A stretch of DNA of 64,000 bases from Haliotis rubra. Taxonomy: Eukaryota. The position numbers and the translations under genes are program-made. Positions 53,570-64,000 of the stretch are shown here, in pieces. Numbering within the stretch: position 1 is the stretch's first letter; the number at the start of each line of letters is the position of its first letter. Location: assembly GCF_003918875.1 (NCBI RefSeq), contig NW_025767646.1, forward strand, positions 2,046,001 through 2,110,000. Direction: 5' to 3'. Below the pieces are notes generated by a model. The model was given only the letters and a program-made list of their open reading frames with translations, did no database searches and had not been told where the DNA came from.

Positions 53570-53888
53570 GGCCAGACCAATTTTATTTCTTGTTTACGGA
53601 TCCGCCTGTCATATTTTTTCAAGCATAAGAATTTTTTTTTATTAATTTTCCCCACTCAAACAATAAAATCCTAATGTTTTTATTGGCCAAAAGTGTAAAC
53701 TTACAAGAAAAATGTTTTTTAGATGTTTTTTGCCTCCTTTTACACTTCATATATTGCCAAAAGTAAAATACTTTGAGTATTTAGAAGGAATATTACTTTG
53801 ATTGGTGATTTTTTTTTTTTTTTCCCTCCTGCCTTCAGGTTTTCTGAGGACAAAAATCCGTAAAACAAGAAATAAAATTCGTCTGGCC
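53570..53888. mobile_element. PIF/Harbinger-like MITE, TTA TSD
   Basis: TIRs of about 32 bp, GGCCAGACCAATTTTATTTCTTGTTTACGGAT / ATCCGTAAAACAAGAAATAAAATTCGTCTGGCC; TTA on both sides. Confidence 0.88.
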
Positions 53889-54519
53889 TTACCTGAAAAA
53901 AAACCCCACAGAAATATATGGTACAACTCAAAATAGGGAACTGCATCGAACCTAATTTTTGTCACTGATGCATCAAATTTGGAAATTCCCTCCACATGTC
54001 TACCATAAACCTTTTTTAAGGCTTTATACTGAGGCCTTGAGTTTAACCTTGATCGAACAACTTCTTAGAAAGAGTCATATAACACTCTTTGTAACCTTGA
54101 TTAAAAAGAGCATGCTTGACTGTACCTCAACAGTTGTGAAATGTAAACACCAAAGGCTGGAGCTGTTGGAATATTGCTCAACATAAAAGGGGAAGTTCAC
54201 TGCTGGAAAGTTCAAGCTATACGTCTTGTCAAGAGTTTTTGTCACTTTTTATGCATTAATCTAAATATGAAACACATGGGGCAGTCTCTATGGTCCTCAT
54301 GTGTGTTGACTGAAGCAACCTTGTACTGTGTCAGATGATGTACAATATCAAGTACGTATCTGCCAATTGGCTATGTACTGTGTCAAATGATGTACAAGGG
54401 CCAAGCAGGCTGACTGTAAGTAATCACTGTCTGATCCCTCACGTTTACACTATGTAATTCAAGCTATCAGGATATCACAGTGTGACACAAGAAGTCCACA
54501 GGTTAAAAGTGTGCAGAAT

Positions 54520-55690
54520 AAGCCATCAGGATAATGCTGAGTGACACAATACATCAGGATAACACTGGTTGACACAAGCCATCAGGATAACACTGGTTGA
54601 TACAATACATCAGGATAACACTGGTTGACACAAGCCATCAGGATAACACTGGTTGACACAAGCCATCAGGATAACACTGGTTGACACAAGCCATCAGGAT
54701 AACACACAATACATCAGGATAACACTGTTGACACAAGCCATCAGGATAACACTGGTTGACACAAGCCATCAGGATAACACTGGTTGACACAAGCCATCAG
54801 GATAACACTGGTTGACACAAGCCATCAGGATAACACTGGTTGACACAAGCCATCAGGATAACACTGGTTGACACAAGCCATCAGGATAACACTGAGTGAC
54901 ACAAGCCATCAGGATAACACTGGTTGACAAGCCATCAGGATAACACTGAGTGACACAAGCCATCAGGATAACACTGGTTGACACAAGCCATCAGGATAAC
55001 ACTGGTTGACACAAGCCATCAGGATAACACTGGTTGACACAAGCCATCAGGATAACACTGGTTGACACAAGCCATCAGGATAACACTGGTTGACACAAGA
55101 CATCAGGATAACACTGGTTGACACAAGCCATCAGGATAACACTGGTTGACACAAGACATCAGGATAACACTGGTTGACACAAGACATCAGGATAACACTG
55201 AGTGACACAAGCCATCAGGATAACACTGGTTGACACAAGCCATCAGGATAACACTGGTTGACACAAGCCATCAGGATAACACTAGTTGACACAAGCCATC
55301 AGGATAACACTGAGTGACACAAGCCATCAGGATAACCCAGTTGACACAAGCCATCAGGATAACACTGGTTGACACAAGCCATCAGGATAACACTTAGTGA
55401 CACAAGCCATCAGGATAACACTAGTCAACACAAGCCATCAGGATAACACTTAGTGATACAAGCCATCAGGATAACAAGCCCATCAGGATAACACTAGTCA
55501 ACACAAGCCATCAGGATAACACTAGTCAACACAAGCCATCAGGATAACACTAGTGACACAAGCCATCAGGATAACACTAGTCAACACAAGCCATCAGGAT
55601 AACATTTAGTGATACAAGCCATCAGGATAACACTAGTCAACACAAGCCATCAGGATAACACTAGTCAACACAAGCCATCAGGATATCGAG
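54520..55690. repeat. 28-bp minisatellite, about 41 copies
   Basis: GACACAAGCCATCAGGATAACACTGGTT repeated. Confidence 0.98.
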
Positions 55691-56019
55691 TGATACAAAG
55701 GATAACAGTGTGTGACAGAAGCCATATCAGGATAAGTTGATAAACACATACATAAACTGTATGATACATTATATGGCACAAGCACTCAAATCTGCATCCA
55801 TTCCCATCAGTTGAGCCCCAGGTCAAAGGAAACCCATAGGTTAAAACATTGTTATACAAGACTTCAGAGTCACGCCAGTTACTGCTGCATGATATATACC
55901 CTACAGCTCAGCACTATGTCATACAATGTTTACATTTCATCCGATACACTATGTGATATGAGCCTCAGGGTAACACTTTATGCCAGAAGCCCTCAGGTTG
56001 AAGTTATACTGTGTGATAT

Positions 56020-56868
56020 AATCCCTCAGGTTGATACTGTATCATATATTGGTAAGCTCTCAGGTTGATACTGTATCATATATTGGTAAGCCCTCAGGTT
56101 GATACTGTATCATATATTGGTAAGCCCTCAGGTTGATACTGTATCATATATTGGTAAGCCCTCAGGTTGATACTGTATCATATATTGGTAAGCCCTCAGG
56201 TTGATACTGTATCATATATATATTGGTATAGGTAAGCCCTCAGGTTGATACTGTATCATATATTGGTAAGCCCTCATGTATTATATATAGCCCTCAGGTT
56301 GATACTGTAAGCCCTCAGGTTGATACTGTATCATATATCCGGGTTGATACTGTGTCATATATTGGTAAGCCCTCGGGTTGATACCATATATTGGTAAGAT
56401 ACTGTATCATATATATATTGGTAAGCCCTCAGGTTGATACTGTATCATATTGGTATTGGTAAGCCCCTCAGGTTGATACTGTATCATATATTGGTAAGCC
56501 CTCGGGTTGATACTGTATCATATATTGGTAAGCCCTCAGGTTGATACTGTATCATATATTGGTAAGCCCTCAGGTTGATACTGTATCATATTGGTAAGCC
56601 CTTGGTAAGCCCCTCAGGTTGATACTGTATCATATATTGGTAAGCCCTCAGGTTGATACTGTATCATATATTGGTAAGCCCTCAGGTTGATACTGTATCA
56701 TATATTGGTAAGCCCTCAGGTTGATACTGTATCATATATTGGTAAGCCCTCAGGTTGATACTGTATCATATATTGGTAAGCCCTCAGGTTGATACTGTAT
56801 CATATATTGGTAAGCCCTCAGGTTGATACTGTATCATATATTGGTAAGCCCTCAGGTTGATACTGTTT
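56020..56868. repeat. 34-bp minisatellite, about 25 copies
   Basis: GCCCTCAGGTTGATACTGTATCATATATTGGTAA repeated. Confidence 0.98.
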
Positions 56869-57376
56869 GTAACAAACTCTCAGGTCAATACTTTGTAACA
56901 AGACATGAGCCTCAGCCTAATGCTTACTCTGTCATACAGACCCTGAAACATACACAATGCAGGAGGTGCAAGTGTGGCACATTACCAAAGTTTCAGGCTT
57001 CTTTTCATTGCATGTTATTAACATAATTTTCTGTAGATAGTCTACCTAATGCTCTACAATATAAAACTTCAGATTAACACTATGCACAGTAAGACCCCCA
57101 TGTTAATTACTGTATTACTGTTGAATACTTTATGATGTAAGCTCTCAGATTGATACACACACTCACTCACTCACTACTCACACTCAAACACACTCACTCA
57201 CTCACTCATGAGAACCCAGGTCAACGCTTTATCATGCCAGATAATCCTTTCTGATTCAAGAAAAACATAAATATCGTAATATCCAATTTCTGGGATAAAA
57301 TAAAGAAAAGCCCGTGTTTAACCTCAGTTGAGATAGTTAAGTTATAGGGTTAAGTATATTCCCAGTGATCCCTTAC

Positions 57377-57451
57377 CTCAATGTCCAACTTTCCAGCAGG
57401 ATCCTCAGGTTCTTTCCATTTGTCCGTTGGTACCTTCTTGTAACCTGCCAT
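57377..57451 (-). CDS. Probable first coding segment MAGYKKVPTDKWKEPEDPAGKLDIE of an unidentified spliced gene (exon about 57377-57902)
   Basis: Strong Kozak context AAAATGG, in-frame TAG 15 nt upstream, phase-0 donor GAG/GTAAGG, candidate acceptor TTCTTTGGTGTGCATGTCTAG near 57903. Confidence 0.55.
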
Positions 57452-57923
57452 TTTCTTCCAACACTACCTTATTTTCAGTGATGTGGTTCTTCCACCTCTC
57501 AATATCATACAGTCTTGGTAAAGTCATTGCCCATTTACATGTGACTTTGGCAAACTTTGCCCATGTCACAAATAGTTTGCTGTGTCGGCCTGAGCAATAT
57601 TGATGTATCAGGTCAAATTGAGTCTGTCTGCCTGCGTAGTATAAGCGAGCAGCAATTCCCACGTCTACAATATTAGATTGTTTCACTGACGCAACACAAA
57701 AATCTGAAGTCTACAGATCTCTGCTCCTGAGTCCAGCAGAAATCAAACTATCTTCTTCAATTAAATTTAATGCTTCCCAAAATAAGTTCCAGAGTTCTAT
57801 ATGCGAGTATATCTGTGCCCCAGGAATTAGGGATGGATTGTCCTGTATCTTCAGTGTTGGGAGTGACGTCTCTGGACCACCGCTGCCCAAACACGATGCC
57901 CTCTAGACATGCACACCAAAGAA

Positions 57924-58059
57924 ATTACACTATAAAATCATATACTTTGAAGAATATTTGGTAAATATTGTAAAAGAATTTCTTATGTTATCAGTATATT
58001 ACACTATAAAATCATATACTTTGAAAAATGTTTGGTAAACAATGTAATAGAATTTCTTA
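57924..58059. repeat. Two-copy tandem duplication of about 74 bp
   Basis: ATTACACTATAAAATCATATACTTTGAA..GAATTTCTTA occurs twice. Confidence 0.9.
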
Positions 58060-61000
58060 CATTTATTTCTTTATCATTCAGCTGTGAGTACAGTTTGATT
58101 GACAGACAGATGATTTAAGCTGAGATTATTTAGTATACACATATGTTCAGGAAATATGCCATGTTGATCTATATATGTTTTGAGTGCGCCTTTTACAACA
58201 GAAAACATATAACTAGAAACATAAGCAATATTTCAAAACTTTTAATCAGAAAATATTCGATTAATTCAGAAAATTTAATGATGCAGGGATATCTTACAGA
58301 AGCAGATATGGTCTGATGTATCCGTAAGTAAACATAATAGACAGCAAAAATATTGGATTTTTATTTGAAATTGCAAATGAAATAATGCGATTTCATCCAG
58401 ACAATTTTAATAACTATATTAACCCCATAGGTTTCAAAAAGAAAGGATACAGATAGGATTGGAAGGAGTTCACATTAATTATTTATGGACGTAATATTCT
58501 GATTTATGCACACGGTAATACTCCAGTTGAGATGCTGCAGTGTTACAAATGTCATGAAAGATTGATATAAAATGAATGTATCCTGACAAATCAAGCTGAT
58601 GGCAGGATGTATTAATGTTTATATTCATCTATTTTATATCACAGATACTGTGATGATTTTACACATGCAAACAATGAAAATATTTGGAATTTGTTTTCAA
58701 GGATACAAGGGATATTAATGCGACAATCAAAATGAACTATTCCACATTTTATCAGCCGATGTAATTTGCAAACATTAAGATGAGTTTGAGCATGAAAATG
58801 GGTGATCTTTTTTCTTCTTTTCTACATGAGTATTAACGACATAGTTGATAAAATATTGTTTTTACCTCCCAACATTTCTACATTTTTCAAAGTTTTTTTC
58901 CTAATATTATGTCTACAGCCTGGTTATCTTTTAATCTTTTCAATTTCATGGTCAGTGAAATCAGACCAAAACAATCGATGATTTCAAAAAGACCTTCCTG
59001 TTTAATGTCATTCAGAAAGAAATCTCATTTAAGTTGAAAGGAATTATAAATTCTGTCTCCTTTAAATAAACACTCTCCTTACCTTCCTACAGTTATATGG
59101 TGAACTTATTTCAGTGAAAAGAAATTTAAAGTAATCTGAAAATTATCAATTGTTTGCTAATTGAACTCATTTTCATATTTCAGCTGTACCAAATGACTTC
59201 CCGTTATGTAGATTCTCAATTTACATAAAGCTTCATATTTGTTAAAACATTTTTTAAACAAACATGATAAAAAGAAATATGTTCAAACCTACTTACAGTC
59301 TACAAACACTGTATTGAAGAACTGAATTAAATATATAATGTTAAATTTTCTTCATCCTATAAATTGGGCAGCAAATGAGAGTATGTTCGTCTCAATGACA
59401 AGACTGGGTTTTAATTCAAATTAAAATCCTTGATACAAGCATATGCAATTATTTTCAAAATATATTGTCGCTTGAATCATACTGCTTCCTTTTTAAAAAT
59501 GGTTGAGAGGAGAAAACAGTACTATTCAGAATGCTTGCATGATTAGCTTAACATTAACATGCTTGTTCAAAATAACATTAAATCCTTCTTACAAAAAACA
59601 CATTCTTAACTGAAATTAAAAGATTTGGCATTCAAAAGTTATGTAAATTCATGTATTCATGTGATTACTTGTTGAAATAATTTTATATAGAAGCTCATTT
59701 TGACATGAACGGATATATTTGTTCAAATAATTCATGTATCAAATTGCCACACAATATATTTTATTCCCTAACTTCTGGGGTCTGATTTCCCTTCAAATTC
59801 TATGTGTAAATGTCAGTGATCAAGTTAGCCATGCCATAATCCTTGACTTGATTTGACTGTCATTACATTCCTCCATAGCTCTGTTTTCCAACATATATCA
59901 GTAAGTTACGTTTCATGTGAACTGAACACTGAATTAATCAATATAATGCAAAGTATCTGACTCTAGCCAACATTAACCTCATTCCATTTTGTACTGCCAA
60001 TAAAAAAAGAACTAATGGTGTGTATTTTTTACTTGAAAAAAAATAACAGAATTTGGGTCAAATTCGACATATAGTTTTGTAAATACGAGCCCCTCCCCTA
60101 AAACAAATATCACTGATTGTACATGATCAAGATTTAGCCACAACAGATTAGATTATCTCAGCCAGCTCCCCTGATGATTAAGTTACACGGCAGAAACACA
60201 ACTCATGTTTGCCAGCTGTCAGCGCCATCTGGTGAGGAGACTTCAGAGTCTATGTTCGATTCTTAAATGGTTCCATCAATATTTACCCCCAAATCCCATC
60301 TCACTGAAACAGTCCCACAAAACATCTTCATGTGACAAATGAATTCCTAGGAAACACTCCAGACTTTGTTGTTCGTGGTTTTAGAAATCTTTATCAGTGA
60401 TATCAATGAGAAATGCTTCCAAACACGTGTTTCCCAAATTGAATTTGATTGAAGCTCTCGCAAGACTCTGTACAACACTTGAGATCAAATTTAAATTTGG
60501 GAATATAGCTTTTAAGTGGAACAGCCAGACGGGTCTGCAGACATCAATTACTATAAATTTCTCAAGGTCAAATACTACAACTGTATTGAAACTGAAGTAT
60601 TAGGATGTATAAAGTGATTGTAATTAATTTTCAATGCAGATTTCCCAATTTTAAATGTTGTTTAATCATCCCATTCTACAGTAACTGTAAGTTTATGAAA
60701 AAATAATTTACTAATATTATAATCAATTCAAACAGCATACTACTTAATTTGAGACCTAATGATTATATACATATCACTCCATTTTCATCCAGAACAAAAA
60801 CATGACGACACTGTATGTGGTTAAGATGTTTGGGCATTTATAGATTGTTTTAAATTGTTGTTAAAAAGCTAATGATATGCTTAATAACACAACCTTATTG
60901 AACACATGTCCTTAAATGGATGTCAATTTACTTTTCCAATATCAACTCAAGAGGGGTAGCATTTTGCCCTTCATCAGGTGAAAGACAGAAGTACGACAAT

Positions 61001-62616
61001 AGAACTTCTTTGATTTGCCCTTTCTGACCTTGCTGGTCCCTGTTATGTAAAACCCTTCTACTGATAGGGCTACTCTTTTCATTAATCTTTTCCCATCCCA
61101 GTGCATGTGACTGACATGTAACTCATTACTAAACCAGATCAATAGTCATTTAGGCGACACACACAACTTGCATAGCAGTGTTCCTCCCTCTCTGTATTTC
61201 AAGACAGATACTAGACAACACTGCCCCTTCGTCCATTAGACACAGTACACACATGTGCATACCTATGAAAGGCTACACTACCACCCTTCAATATAACAAC
61301 AACAGATAGCCTCTGGTCCCCCACCCCACTCCGGTCCCCTGCCCTGTTGGTGACTCCACACAACCATACACAATTCCAATTAATTCAATTAACTTGGTCT
61401 GTCAAACCCACTCATCCACCCCTTAAGATACTAGGCACCCCTAGACAGGCATATTGCACATGCACATGCATGTATATCTCCCTGTATGCACCACACCCAC
61501 TCCAGGATCAAGCACCTGCACAAAACCTACACCCCCACCCCATCACCAGTCTCACGGAGACCCAATGTGTCAGTAAAGGCAATATTCAAAAACTGCAATA
61601 GAAACAGATTTACTCCTTCACCTAATGAAAGGGCAAGCAGAGGGCTCCTAATGGTGTTAAGAAATAAAAAATGTCAAAGAAATATTAATCATTTAATTTT
61701 TTAAACTACTTCAAAATACTTTTTACAAGGATTAGATTTTGCAACTCCAAATGTGAATGTTGACACAGAAAATATAGACATCAAAATGTTTATATAAATT
61801 ATCCACAAAGTATCATCTTCAAGGAAATTGTGAGTATACGATATTCTCAAAATAGACCCACATTTTCACGTAGATCCAGACACATAAAAAATACTTCTTG
61901 TCCCTGATTCACAAAATATCAAAAGGCTAGCTCTGAATTATGCAAGTCATGTTTTTGTGCAGTAAGTCATCCATCACTATGACATGTGAGTGAATATAAC
62001 TGTTCTATTTTTCAAATCAATAAATTAATAAATTGTCCAATATACTTAAAGGAAACCAGCACATCAATTACCCCTATACTTGATCAATGAATGCAAGAAG
62101 AATCATTAGGAAAATATAAACTACCAAGAAAAATGGTAAAAAGAAATTCAGGAACTCATTTAACGTTAATGATGGTTTTAGTTTGGTTTGGTAATTAATC
62201 CAACACAATTTTCTATCTACAGACATGTGTCTAACTTACAACTATAATTAAGGTTATTATTTAAAACACAAATTAATACACTAACCTGATATTATTGACA
62301 AAACAAACACTACCACAATTCAAATTAGTTAAGTAAGATCTTATACAGCTATTCCAAATTTGCTGACAAATGATTTTCTTTGCAATAAAATAATCATTAA
62401 AATGAATCATGAAATATTAATGATTAATTACCAGTAAGCCTACAAATTAATCTATTGTTAATATTTTTCACTTGGTTTTATAATGTTTAAAAGCATATAT
62501 AGATTGCACTTTCAACCACTGGCTACATGAAGCGTGCATATATCAACAAGTGTATGGCCATCGACACAATCCTACAGAGCAGCGACATGTGTTTATTTTT
62601 CTCTCTGATTACTTAC

Positions 62617-63050
62617 AGTGCATCTCAACTGTTACATAATAGTCTTCTCTAACTGATCAGTGAAGGGCTTGTTTATCCTATCTTTGACTAATAATCCAAC
62701 ACCATCACATTGTGCACGACATGTCGTCTGAGAAGCCGTGACTACCGCACAGCTGAAATAAAGCACACAATCACTATCGGGGAAATGATCCACGCGACAC
62801 CTTTCAGCATCCACACAATGACGACACCAACAATGAACACTACATCCTCAATTAGCAGCAACATCCTCCTCCATGCTAGAAAATCCTAGAATCACAAATC
62901 TCTCTCACCCAGGAATACAACATGAAATAATCACGGAGAATGTATCCCTGTCGTGGCTGCGTCGCTCGTAGAACGTACCAGCAATAGTGCAAATAGCTCA
63001 CACCGGTTGAGGGTATCACTTTCTGCGTCGTCCCAGGAAGATAGCTTTTA
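62617..63050 (-). other. Probable 5' leader exon / CpG-retaining promoter region of the minus-strand gene
   Basis: Local CpG cluster within CpG-poor AT-rich DNA; donor ACT/GTAAGT at 62616-62611; upstream boundary uncertain. Confidence 0.45.
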
Positions 63051-63639
63051 AAAAATCTAACTTGGCACTTTCTACTCCCCTTCTTCTTAGAGAGTCAAAT
63101 GAGTAGAATATTGATAATGATTATTTGAAAGACACATGTTAAAAATAATGTTAATTGCTCATTGACAATAATTCAATGGTATTATAGTGTCAAGTCAGGA
63201 TACAATCCCTAGCTTATACAGATTAACCCTTTCACTTCTTTGCAGGTAGTTGAGAGGCAAAAAATATGTCTGCCTGATAATTCTTTTGGAATTATAGAAA
63301 TATCAATTATCACTGTTGAGCTGGTTACATTTATGCTGAAAATAGCTTATGCCAAGGTCTATTAAGCAAGGTATTTCTGTTAAGGGCATGGTGCTATGAT
63401 TTGGTATCATGTTTAATATGAAACGGAATATGACTGATGTGGGAATGCAAATGTGTTATTTTGTGAAATTGCCTTTACAGAAAAAAATAACAAAGCATTT
63501 CGAAACAGGAAATTATTTGATTATAATTGGGATATGAATATGTTCTTCAAAAGATTAATCCAGCTACTTATCTTCTCATCAATATTATTGTTAAAATCAA
63601 GATTATCATGTTTATTTCCGGAAACTATATTATCATGAA

Positions 63640-64000
63640 TATTTAAGGTAACAATATTAACGGTATTATTTTCATCAACAGTATCATCATCAATATGGTA
63701 AATAGCAATATCTCCAGCAAAATTAGTAAAAGATGATCAAGAACAATGATCATCATTGTTTTTATCAACAATATTGTCACCATAATGTTCAGCAACAATA
63801 TCATCAGGACAACCTTCATCAAAGATACTGTCACCAATATTACCATCAATATAACCTCTGTTAACACCATCACAATTATCATCAGCATTTACCATCAATA
63901 GATTTTGAATATCATTATCAATAACATCACCAGGATTTTAAGTTAAAACACTATTATCAAATTTAAGCCTAACATTAATATTATAATCACTATAATCAGC
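63640..64000. repeat. Degenerate (ATC/AAT)-type low-complexity tract
   Basis: Repeated CATCA and AATAT motifs. Confidence 0.7.

Noticed and set aside
60173-60200. Hammerhead-like CTGATGA...GAAA (similar partial motifs near 1134 and 13445)
   Set aside because: The required stems cannot form, or the core is incomplete

Overview
Eukaryotic, repeat-rich genomic DNA with three assembly gaps. It is most likely a gastropod mollusc, probably abalone (Haliotis); this is inferred from recalled SINE families, not from a database search. No long protein-coding ORF exists: every ORF over 200 aa is a read-through of a tandem repeat. Contents: (i) about 30 copies of three SINE-like families sharing a related 3' tail: a tRNA(Asp)-like family A, a tRNA-less family B with a pseudoknot-forming 5' head, and a Meta-like family C; (ii) several small non-autonomous DNA transposons, one carrying a telomere-like array; (iii) decayed LINE and Penelope-like fragments; (iv) seven minisatellite arrays; (v) the probable 5' part of an unidentified minus-strand gene, with a leader exon at about 62.6-63.0 kb and a first coding exon at 57.4-57.9 kb, lying over a visibly CpG-depleted domain (about 37.6-62.5 kb). 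No CRISPR array, prokaryotic operon or intact transposase was found. The best candidates for novelty are the structured head of family B and the telomere-repeat MITE.
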